Origin: Ramazzottius varieornatus
Lineage: Eukaryota > Animalia > Tardigrada
Direction: 5' to 3'
Assembly (NCBI GenBank): GCA_001949185.1
Contig: BDGG01000003.1
Location: 1,033,530 to 1,097,529 of the forward strand
DNA length: 64,000 nucleotides
Part shown: piece after piece, positions 13,451 through 24,716 of the stretch
Layout: every line of letters starts with the position of its first letter
Position numbering within the stretch: the stretch's first letter is position 1
Translations under genes and position numbers: made by a program
The notes under the pieces: model-generated
Database searches by the model: none
Seen by the model: only the letters and a program-made list of their open reading frames with translations
Told to the model about the DNA's origin: nothing

Positions 13451-14675
13451 AACTTCGGTTCAAGTTGCACGGTTTCTTTATGCTGGCAATAAGAGATGGT
13501 TTTACGTTGTATAGTACAAGCAGAATGCCCGCCTGCGGCTCGCCACATTGGTTTATGATTGCGTGTGAGATGTGAAAAAAAAAATCTTCGTCACAAGAAC
13601 AGTAGGCATCTTGGTATTGGGAACCTAATACCAAGATCATCAAACAGAGATTTTTCAGCCGGAAGAAAGTTTTTTGTAATGTTCTGTTCCTTTTACAGAT
13701 TTCCTGATCCGAGCCTTCGTTCGTTGGTTTTGCGCGGTTCTAGTTAACCGCTTATTCTCGGGATGATCTTTATTAAGCACCGTGCGTTTTCGACTGAAAG
13801 CCTTGAACAATGACCAAACTAATCAGTAGAAAAATGATCATTGTCCGAAACTCAATCTTTCCTTAACTTCTAAATACGCCGATTCTTGGTCTCGGGATAA
13901 TAAGATTGTCGAAACAGGTTTGTCATACGAACCATTTTTTTACTGATTACAGTAGTTTGGTCAATTGTTTAAGTCGTTGGCCGATAACGCACGGAACCTA
14001 TTCCAAGTGCCACACGACCAGGGCACGCACAAAGAAAATTGTGCCGGTTGAGAGAACGATCAATGTGAATCCCATATGGCCATTATCGGTTCGTGTTGCA
14101 GGGTAGTACCACATAGGTATCGCGCAGTAAAACGCCGAAAGACCGAGATTGAGGAACTGTAGCGCAATGACCTTAAGTCAGCTGAGAGGCTAAAGGTTAG
14201 AGTACGTTGCATCGGTTATGTGGGTATTGGGTAACAACCAAATTGTGAAAAATTATGGAAAAAACGATCCAAAGGTTGAAACCAGGATCATATGGTTGAA
14301 AACATCCACAAGCCACAAATGATTTATACGTATTTAAGCTGGCAGTCTCAAATTATTGGACTAGCGCTCCGGTGTCTCTAAGATTCCCTTGTCAGAACAA
14401 TTCTGCATTATTATATTGATAATAAAGGGGCGGGAAATAATATTTCCACACCAAATATCTTTCTGGCAGAATGTACAAATCCCGACTGAACAGTTTGGCC
14501 GTCGGATAATGCTGGGGTGCAGAAAGTACTGTCATTTGTGTCGCAGCTCGTAATGCACAAATGCATAATGCTTTCCAGAAGAGGTCCTTGGATACAAGGA
14601 AACCCAAAGTCAAGCTCTACCGAAAGAGGATGACAGGATGGGAGAAAAATGCGAAAATTTTAAGGTGAGATTGTC

Positions 14676-17645
14676 TTAGGTCTTGGAAACGAGCAAATAG
14701 GCATGCAGGTGGTAACGCTCGTGAACCTGCTGTCTCCTTTTCGTCGCCCACCTGAAAAGTAGATATTCATTTTATTTCGTTTCTAAATCGGCCTTTGATT
14801 CTATTGAATCTCCCAGTATAACTTTGCCGTTTTCTGGGGTTATACAGTCCACTCGTTTGAGATCTGTTACCTAATTTTCTTTTCTGTTTACCACCAGCCA
14901 AACGTTTGCTGTACATGCAAGACGAGAAATTATGGTACAGTAAATGTTATGCATATGGGACAGGCAGAAGGACAGCGATATGGAAATTCAACCGTAGAAA
15001 AGTGTCGAAAAATGTATAACTGTCCATCGGTCGCGTAGCGAAAAGGCCTGTACCATAATTTTCACTCTACCATAATTTCTCGTCCTGCGTATACAGCTTG
15101 CCAAAACAGAAGAAAGTGACGTCAACGCTCAACTGCAAATCAAATAGAAGGAAAATCAACTATTTATGTGCGTCAGTAAGCAAGCAATCCTCCTGATACT
15201 TTTCGGAGAACCGAGAGCCTCAACTATCACAAAAAAGCATTGGTTTCGTGGCCGACGAGTGACATGGTCTGAATGGTCCCTCGTGAGCAGAGATACAAAT
15301 TTTTGAAAAGAGCATTCGTGAAACGGCAAACTGACACTGAATATTTTACCCCCAATACTTTACCCGATACAATAAGCTGAAATCAGCACTGAACAACCGA
15401 TCGAGGAGAGAACAGCAGCCGCGATGGCTCCAGAAGATAAAACTAAGAAGAAAAGAGTGTTCACTCCGTCATATCTGCCTGTTCGACCAGTGTCGGTAGG
15501 CTACCATCGGGGTTGAAACTTCGCTAGATCCCTGGGCAAGACCTACCATGAAAACTGGCACAATACTCGCCGCGGAACCCGCAAACTGGCATACTGTGAG
15601 GAGCGTGTCCGTTTTTCCATCGTATGACGCCAGTTCTTTCAAGCACGTCGGAGCCAGGTGGCAAGGCGAACACTGACTGGAAAGGTCAAAGACTTCTTGA
15701 TAAGGGTATACCCAAAGAGCTACGTAGCTCTTTGGACTTTGGTTGCTAACTTCCACTCCACCCCGGTTGTCCAAAAAGAAGTCTAATTCTAAGAAGTCTC
15801 AGCTTACCGACCAACTTCCTGTGTCCTCACTGACTTGAGAAAAATGCAGAGCTATCCTTTTGACGCCCGCGGTGTCAAAGTATATTCGACCTAGCGATGT
15901 TTGAAAACTGCGGTTTTGATAGGATGATGCTAGGGAAGAAGACACTAGCACTGGCGTTCCGTAGCTGCGTTTTGTATCGAAGTACTCCGCAAGGACCTTC
16001 AAAAAGGAAACTATACATGCGGCAATATCATTGATTTGGCCTTTATTGACATTTGCAAAATTCCCTGACCAAAAACGTTCACGCAAGTGTACATAGACCT
16101 ATCAAAGGAGGAAGCCTGGAAACGCGACGGAAGTCGTGAGATCACAAAGCACCTTCAAGTGAGATCATTCCATTGATACAAGAATTGCCCAATTACCATG
16201 ACAGGATACTTGGGTGACTGGCTGCTCTGTTCCAAGTTTCTTCCGTACAACAGCTCGGTAAACCTTCTGATTTCCGCTATCGTTTCGTTCCCCAACCGCG
16301 GAGGTGACGAGAGCAGTACCGATCTAAATGCTTCGAAGGCAATGTCGTCTTCCGCGTCGTTGTACTTCCATGAATAATTTCCGAAGTAGTTGTCAAACTC
16401 ATCCCCGGTGTTAGGTAGTAGGAATACCTGACAAACAAATTGGCTTGCTTGGGCAAGATTCATAAAATTTCGACGTTCGAACCGCGTCGCACAAAGAAGG
16501 CGGGATGCTGGTTGACTTACGTATTCCCCATTGGTCATGTTCTTGTTATGTGCTGCAGTCTAAAAAGCAATCGATCAAGTTGTATAACAAAGGCGTTTAC
16601 TCTTCGAATATGTAACTGACCAAGATCTTCCTCACAATGTCCGTGTGAGCAACGATCTGGATGACTACAGCCAAAAGCAAATTCAGGCCATTACACACAG
16701 GTGTTTTTTTCTCGCACGTCTAACCTCTGGCAGAAACTCGGACGAATTCCAAGAAAGAGTCCAGCTGGACCGTAAAGTTTTTGGCGGACGAGTCAATCAG
16801 CATGAAATGTTTTTCCTGTTTCAGGGAGACCGCTGCTTGCGTCAAAGATTGTTTGAGTTTAGGCACTGCTGCCGCGGACGGCGCGAACCCAGTGTCCCCC
16901 ACCACGCAAATTATGTTCCATTCGTAAAGACGATACAACAACATATGTGCCAGCGAGATTGCTGCACCGTCCACAGGACTTGCCAGAATAGTGTTAGGAA
17001 AGTCCCTTTTGTTCGTGAAAAGCAAAGGATCAGGATATACCCTACAACGACAAAAGTAAACAACGCCGGTAAGTGCGCTAACTCACCGAATCTCAGCTCG
17101 AGCCAATCGTACCCAATCACGACCAGGACATTCCACTCTGTAATAAGGAACGACTCAGCAAATGCCTTTTGCGTGCACGAAAGATGTTTCTTACCCAAAG
17201 CCAATCGAGCCACTTGCACGGTTTCTAAGCATCCTGTTCAAACATGAAAGACATCCTGTCAGATCAAACATTTCACGCCAGGTGTAAATGGACGTCAAGC
17301 GGTACCTGGCAAGATGATGGCGATAAGGCAGGACGGGTCTCGCGACAGATCGTGGTATTTTGAGCTCAAGAGGTAGTCGACATTGTAAGTTATCGAGAGA
17401 CAGCTATTAAAATGTTCGTCGAACAGATAGGTGTGCGATAAGTCGAGAAACGGATATAATGTTTGCAACTCAGAAACCCCATAGTCCATCGCCGGCTCGA
17501 CGTACGTCAGGCTTCCGCGTTCAGGTCCGTAGTTTCCTGGAGTCAATATCTCTACACGGTATCTTTGCGAGATGTTGTGCTTGGGTTGACCATCAGCAAA
17601 GAGGGAAAAAACATTGACCAACACCAAAAAATAGAAGGGAGACAT
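14676..17645 (-). CDS. Natriuretic-peptide-receptor-like single-pass receptor: ANF-receptor ectodomain, TM and ~25-aa tail, no kinase-homology or cyclase domain
   Basis: Signal peptide MSPFYFLVLVNVFSLFADG; PAMDYG; GRIYFDTAG; juxtamembrane IRWKNGHAPHSMPVCGFRGEYC; TM exon 15363-15442; last exon ends ...LLVSKT* at 14676. Internal exon limits approximate. Confidence 0.75.
14914..15091. mobile_element. TA-flanked MITE (TIR CAYGCARGAYGAGAAATTATGGTA), intronic
   Basis: ~25-bp TIRs with TA on both sides; family copies at ~23456-23658, ~44480-44658 and 46749-46946. Confidence 0.75.
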
Positions 17646-18284
17646 GTTCAGAGTCCCGTGGGGTGGGAGGAAAATCTGGACTCTTGGAAAACAGTGTGTT
17701 TTTTTTGGGTGTTGCCCACTTTATGGAATAGGGCAGTAGGTTACGTGATGCAGTGACTTCGATGATTCGCCCTTTGATAGCGAGTTCATCAGGTATAATT
17801 TCCCAGGAGGGTAGGAGGAACCAGTGAAGCTCCACTTCCGGGTCCCCCGAAAGGACAGCAGCTGTTTCTCTCGAACAATTTACATGTACCCGGTACGGTT
17901 CCAAAGGGGCAATTCCATGGTCCAATAGGCCGTTCTGGTTTTCGCTGACTTGGGCTTATTCACAGGCTCGCAGCGAATGTATCGTACAGAAGGTTCGGCG
18001 AAGTGCAGTGAATTATTTTCACCAATTTTCAGCGACTTAACGCCTGTAGCACCACGTGTTTTGTGTCAGAATTTACACAGAGCGCGTATTCGCATACCTA
18101 AGTTCGGCAAGTGCTGCGCATCCGTCTGAGTTTCGAGATAAAATTTCTGTCCGTCACCCCAAAATTAGGCCAACCAACTATCTTGCCGTCGACTGGGACT
18201 ATTCCTCGAAGGGCGTCGTACTGCGTACCACAGCACATACACGGTTTTAGTTTGCCATCGTCAGAGTATCACGTATTACCCAGA

Positions 18285-19003
18285 TCTGTGGGTGCCAGAG
18301 CTCGGGTATCCTACTGCCCGGGCTCTGGCTAGCAATGGAATGAGGGCGGTTGCTTAAGCAAATAGAGGATCGAACGATGTTGGCCTTCCTGAAGCATTAC
18401 AACTCGTCTTGGCGTTATAAGATAACTTTCAACTTCCGGTCCAATATCGGCTGTGCTTTCCAGAAACTGCGCAACGAGCTACCAAAAGGCTGGAACGATC
18501 TGTCTGCCATCCACTGCGATCTTTTGAAAGAGGAAGACTTTATCCGCTTGTTCATGGAGATCAAGAAGTTCGGTCATGTGGATGTATTAGTGAACAACGC
18601 CGCCTGGTGTGGAACAGGCTTCGTTATCGAAGGGTCTACTAAGGCCGAATGGCAACGGATGCTGAACGTATGTATTATCGATTACGAACCTTGGGCCTGC
18701 CAGTGTGGCGTTTTCACTTTTGCCCAATTTCCGATCGCGAACACCTTAACAGCGTTATGTATTCGGCTCAGTGTGATAGCTGGAACGATGTACACTCCAA
18801 AAGCCACTCGACTGATGAGAAAAAACATGTGAATGACGGGCACATCATCAATATCAACACCTTGTGAAAAGTAAGGCTGCTCTCGCTTCTTTCCACAAGA
18901 TTGATCCAGCGACATCTCGGATGCTGTTGTATACATCTTGGGCGCTCCAGCGCATGTGAACGTTCGAGAACTAACAATGGTCTCAACAGAGCAGGCTTGG
19001 TAG
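18285..19003 (+). pseudogene. Short-chain dehydrogenase/reductase (DHRS11-like) pseudogene
   Basis: Frameshifted GASSGI-like motif; TARALASNGMRAVA* stop; HVDVLVNNA; frameshift before DGHIININT; C-terminal DISDAVVYILGAPAHVNVRELTMVSTEQ; no YxxxK catalytic segment found. Confidence 0.75.
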
Positions 19004-19139
19004 TGACGAAGAAGCCACTCTTGAGATAATACCTGCACAGTAAGTTGGTCTAACAGTACAATTTACTACGGCTCGGAGATCGGGTTCGTGGAAAAAAAGC
19101 GGAGTGACAGCTACAGTGTACAAAACCGACCATCACAAA

Positions 19140-21544
19140 TCAGGCACGAAACGAATTTAGTTTTTTCGACCCTTCAACGGGTATCACAAAAGGAGGAGCC
19201 GGCAACGCAGTATTGGTACCGTAGATATCACAGCGAAGATAGGCACATGGCGTGACTTTCCAGGCGTAGCGAAGGAACGCAACACCTTTGCCTTGGCACT
19301 CGGTAACATCGAGCGTTATCGCCTTAATTGTGCTGCTCGTAATACTGCTGGGGACCCAAGAATGGCAGTCCTGCCAGCTTGACATTGGTATGCCAGCGCA
19401 GCAAACCTGGAACAATAAATCAGAACTGAGGCCACCCGTCGATTAACACCGAGTGGGATGGTGTACAGCACCTGTCCACCTTTCTCACCTCAAAATTATG
19501 ATTTGAGCTATTCTTGACGATAATCGGTGCCGGGTCGAAGTGGATCGTCAACTGGCTGCCCGCTTGACTCAACGCTATCGGATACGGACCTTGGAATGGG
19601 ACTTTGACGCCGTATACGGTATTGAGCGCGCCCAATGTCAGTCTTTGCGCCACTTCTTCCTTGTACCGTGGATGAATTCTGCAAAACAAAAAGCATCTGG
19701 TAAGCAATGGGCACCGCGCCAATTAATTATTCCACGAATAGGCTTTCTCTCACGAGTTATAAGGCGAATCTGGGTCGGGAAGGTCCATGGCGACGGCCAT
19801 GAAGACGTTCTGAAGAACCTTATTGGGTGCGAAACCCACGTCTGCCGTCTGATGCCATCGTACCACTGGCGTCCCTGTATCTTCTTCATTCTTGTCTCCA
19901 ATCTGCACAAAGCCAAACGGTAGTCTCGCACTTCGAAAAGCTTTCCTCCACGACGCGATCATAGCTGGGAAGAGGCACAGGTAATCGTCGGGTCGGGCAC
20001 CCATTGCATCCGCCTCGCCTGCAGCCAAAATTGTTCAAACAGACCGACATCAGTCTGGAATATATAAGAGCGGGTTCTTGAAATTTCTTCTTACCCTGGT
20101 ACCATAGCGCGCCTTTGATTTGTAGGGGTGTCAGCGGTGCGATCATGGCGTTCCACAGTACAGAAGGGTCCGCAGGGTACTTGAGAAGCCATGGTTCGTA
20201 CATGGGCATCTCGAGATCCGTCAGGGGAGTTGTTGGGCACTGTTCCCCCACTTCCGGGGGAGACCAAGCGCGAATCGGCGTGCCTCCGTAGTATGAGCCG
20301 ATAAGTCCCACTGGAATGTCCAGCTTCTCTTGCAGACGACGTCCGAATGCCCAACATACTGCCGAGAACTCCGCCAATGAAACTAGAATACACAACTTTG
20401 GGCTTTTTCAGCGGCTATTTCCTGCGAACACTGGGGTATGTACCTGAACTGGGCATAGCCCATGCTTGGTATATATCCGGTTCGAGGAGTGGATTGGGTG
20501 CGTCGCTTTTCAGGATTTGGAGGAATCGAATACTGTCTTTGTACGTCCGCGCATACTGAAGCTCCTCAGTTCCATTAAACATCTACGAGGGAAAAACCAA
20601 TTAGCGGTAGCATTTTTTCAACAAGCATTCAGCATTCCCAAATGAAGTTGCACATGACGTGTTACAGTGTTGCCAGTAGTGACTGTAGTGTGCGCCAGTA
20701 GTTCATGGTATAAAGCCAGTAGTTCAATGCATGGAATTATTCAAATTGCCACGTGCGTCGTGTTTGTGTGTGTGACATATTGTACCTGTTGCACTTGGAA
20801 TTCCATATTGCTCTGCCCGCTGCACAACCAGACATCTCCAAAGAGCACTGCTCTCAGCGGGACCATTTCCTTGTCCCCATCGACAACCGATGTGGCTTCG
20901 ATGTCGTATGGTCCACCGGCTTCGCTCGGCGGAAGTTGGATCAGCCATGTCCCGTCCGCTGAAATTACACGAGGATAATATCGTGAAACAAAAGCGATAT
21001 AGATTCAACCGAAAGTGGATGTACCTTCAATTACGGTCTTCAGAAGAGAACTCTGGAACGTAACATGAACTTCCTGGTTGGCTTCTCCAAACCCCCACAC
21101 TCGAGCGCCAGGCTTCCCACGTTGTAGCACCATCCCATCTTGAAAATAGTTTGCAAAGCGAAACTCTGCCTTCTGTCTAACAGCCGATTTAATCTTCTTT
21201 GGAGGTATAGCGGCAGATTTCCGATAGATGACTTCGGTTCGTTCCACGTAGACCAGTGTGGCTTCTTCCCCGACTGCCGTCTTCTTCCACGTTTGACGAG
21301 CCGACCATTCGCTTTTCCCTGCATGCAAAAAAACCCGCTGGTTGCGTACCACAATACAGTTAGGACAGAAAGTATATTGTACTTTACCGACTCGTAAACA
21401 CGGTCTGCGTGATCTGAATAGACCCCATCGTCTCAGACAGTCCTCGGAATCATCCGAATCATGATCCAAGGGAGGAAGGTATTGGACGAGAAGGAGGATT
21501 ATGACAGCTGCGACAACGTACACGAAACATGCTGGCTGCATCAT
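19140..21544 (-). CDS. SIAE: Sialate O-acetylesterase-like (SASA/SGNH), multi-exon, N-terminal signal/anchor
   Basis: FANYFQDGMVLQR, FGDVWLCSGQSNM, FSAVCWAFGRRL, IPVGLIGSYYGGTPIRAWS, GALWYQGE, IHPRYKEEVAQRL. Confidence 0.92.
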
Positions 21545-21833
21545 CTTGCAATTGATTCTGCCCATGGGGCAACACCGACAGGTGTCTCCAAGAATGGCGA
21601 GGAATTTGATGAAGCCCAAGCCCAGGGACGACCTGGAACTGTTATCAACTAAGCAGCACCGTGTCGATAGATGCCAATGTGGGTCGAAAGAAGATAACGG
21701 TTCAGAAAGCCCAAGAAATCTCTGAGTCGGTTCGATGGCGTAGAAATTTTCGAAAGCTATGTTGCCGTTTACCTATCAATCAAAATCAATCGAAATGTTG
21801 GTATTTTCTCAAGGCGCCTATAAACAGCTGCTA

Positions 21834-22401
21834 TGGTGAGCCGGGCGATTCAAAAGTCCACAGTACTTTTACCGCGGGTGCATGCGCGGAGAAACTCCAT
21901 GCGCGGCGAAATACTTTTTCCGCGCATGCACCCGCGGATAAAGTCAGTTTATCCGCGCATCCATGCGCGGAGAAACAGTCAAACCGCGCATGGAGCGCTG
22001 AAAAACTAGTTTCCCCGCGGGTGGATGCGCGGAAAAAGTATTTCACCGTGCACGGAGTTCTCCGCGCATGCACCCGCGGTAAAAGTCAGTTTATCCGCGC
22101 ATCCATGCGCGGAGAAACAGTCAAACCGCGCATGGAGCGCTGAAAAACTAGTTTCCCCGCGGGTGGATGCGCGGAAAAAGTATTTCACCGTGCACGGAGT
22201 TCTCCGCGCATGCACCCGCGGTAAAAGTCAGTTTATCCGCGCATCCATGCGCGGAGAAACAGTCAAACCGCGCATGGAGCGCTGAAAAACTAGTTTCCCC
22301 GCGGGTGGATGCGCGGAAAAAGTATTTCACCGTGCACGGAGTTCTCCGCGCATGCACCCGCGGTAAAAGTACTGTGGACTTTTGAATCGCCCGGCTCACC
22401 A
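21834..22401. mobile_element. TA-flanked MITE with ~60-bp TIRs and an internal ~3x 142-bp tandem array
   Basis: TIR tggtgagccgggcgattcaaaagtccacagtacttttaccgcgggtgcatgcgcggagaa; identical ORFs at 22025 and 22167 give the 142-bp period. Confidence 0.85.
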
Positions 22402-22685
22402 TAAGCTGCAAACACCAAGTCGAGATCGAAGGCCTGCATTGCGCATTCTAACATGGATGATGTCATGGTCGCGAGCCAGACCGAACACTAACACAATGAC
22501 ATCATTCATTGCACTGGATAAATGAATCAGAACTGATTATTTCGAATTTCCGATGAGTACTGTGCGTCTCAGCTCTTGGGCTCAGTCTCAGACTTCCCAG
22601 AGGAAGCGAGATTTGGATCAAAAAGGGAACAAAAAGGGAAGATTTAGCCCCTGAACCCCCACCCTTCGACCCCCCTCTTTAGCCT

Positions 22686-22723
22686 AGGCTCTGAGGCTCT
22701 GAGGCTCTGAGGCTCTGAGGCTC
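22686..22723. repeat. Tandem 8-mer (AGGCTCTG) x ~4.7
   Basis: Direct reading. Confidence 0.9.
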
Positions 22724-22798
22724 AGCATTAAACATGGGTTACTCTTGAACTATCGAGCAAGGGAAGGTTTGATATAAGCAATTCAATGTAGAAATTAA

Positions 22799-23226
22799 CA
22801 CCCTGATTACCACCGTGCTCATTGTGAGTACAATACGGCACTTTTTCGCTCCCCGTAATTTCCATTTTCCCGGTTTGAATCAAACTTTTTTTCTTTGCTT
22901 GGTCTGCGGTCTTATCAGCAGAGCGCAGCCGATGACCACTGGTCAGTACAACTTTCCGCAGGCTGGAAAAAGTCCTTACGATTTCGGGCAGTTTCGGGGG
23001 TATTTTAGGTTCCATGTCTTTGCTCGAGATACATAGCTACCATCTGTTTAGAAAAAAATTGAAACACTGAGGAGAGCTCCCTCTGCCAATACTAGGCCTG
23101 GGACAAACTTGGTGTCATCTGTGCGTCCAGAAAAAAATCAAAACGGCCAGGGCTACTTTTCCCACGTTGGCCTTTACGGCCTGCCAATCTGCCCAATTTC
23201 GAAATTCTGAAAGTTGTCTATTGGTT
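22799..23226 (+). mobile_element. Diverged, 3'-truncated relative of the piggyBac-like element
   Basis: TTAA-CACCCTGATTACCACCGTGCTCATTGTGAGTACAAT aligns with the left end at 1119; colinear similarity to 1261-1555. Confidence 0.6.
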
Positions 23227-23455
23227 AATTTGGGTTAAAGTTAAAGTTTTGTGCTCCCAGTGAGTACGCTGGTAGTCTGCCGACACAAAAAGCTTGGTAT
23301 TCACGAGGGGATTTAGCCAATGCTCCAGACTTATTTCACAAACTGAAACGATAGAGAGGTAGAGGAGAGTTTTCTCTATCGACTGGGATAGACCAGGCCG
23401 GCAGAAAAAGATCCTAAATCCCCTCGTCAAGGTGATAATACAGTAGAGTGAATGT

Positions 23456-23658
23456 ACAGCACGCGCACGTCGAGAAAATATCGGCCAGTGAAAATTCTTG
23501 GCCCGGCGGAAGAGACGGCAAAATAAAAATTCAACCGTAAAAAAGTGTCGGAAAGTGTGTTAGTGTGAATCAGTGGCCTACGTACATGCTTCCGTACCGC
23601 CTTAGCGAGAAGGTCTGGTCCATAATTTCTACTGGCTCATGATTTCCCATCGCGCGTG
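23456..23658. mobile_element. Diverged copy of the 14914/46749 MITE family
   Basis: Shared aattcaaccgta..aaagtgtcg core and degenerate TIRs. Confidence 0.55.
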
Positions 23659-24716
23659 TACTGTTCTCACTGTTGGCTGCTTACTGCGTAGTGCATGGTT
23701 GAATAATATATGCACGTGTAGGCGAAATTTACAAAATGCACTTTTGTTCTGAACGCACTCTGTTCTCTAGGTCTCTTCAACGCTATTGAATACTGAGAGT
23801 GTTCAGGAATTTTAGTCTCCACAATTCAAAAATTACTAACAGCTTAGCCTTTAACCCTAATATACGTACATGTGCATATTAAGCTTTGTTCACCCAAGGC
23901 CAACTAGAGGGTCTTGCTTCACCCGTCCGTGGGGCAGAATAATGGAGGGTTCCTTGCGCAACGAGCTTCTGGGAAGACGTCTTTGTTCTGTCAGACTTAC
24001 AATTGCCCTATTGTACACTTGCAATTTCCTTGTTGCTGCGAATGCGTGAAGGGAAGAGGATTAGTGTAGAGGATTAGACATGGTGGCGTCATCATGACAG
24101 CCCTCGGAGGCAGCCAAGGAGAAAGTGCCTTTGGCATGGCGGCATTCTTGACAGAATATAAAATACCCACTTGAGAAAAGACACCTTAAAATGTCCACCT
24201 GCTTCCTCCCACTTCCACCATCTCAAATTAAGACCGCTCCTCACTTCCTTCTGGTTTCGCGATAGAATTTCGAATCTAACTTAGCCTTAACATCCACAGA
24301 GCTGCTCGACGTTGTACAGCACTTCGAAGCTTGAAGAAAGCTTTGGCACCATTTTCTAAGTATTCCAAGCTTCCGGTACAGAAATTGTTTTACTACCGCA
24401 AACACTAATATCCGGCGGGCACGTTTTCCTCAGTGTTGCGTACCTTTTGTCGGGAGCCATATTGCGCAGATGATTACTCTATGAAATTCTATGTTACAAT
24501 TGGCGCCATCCTTAATCCATGTTTTGACTTCCGCCATATCCGAGGAATAACTTCCCTCGAAGGTTCATATCTCGGTATAGGCATTCTAGTGGCCAGTGCC
24601 TGTGGAGAAGAAGCCTTTACCTTTTCCCCCTGACGAGCGCTTGTGCTTACGCGATGACGGCATGACTTAGCGCACTGACCATCTGTGTACCATTACTTCA
24701 CGAGCCGGCGTTTGGC

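Noticed and set aside
21920-22368. Regular repeats resembling a CRISPR array
   Set aside because: Units are identical tandem copies with no unique spacers, lie inside TIRs, and the context is eukaryotic with no cas genes
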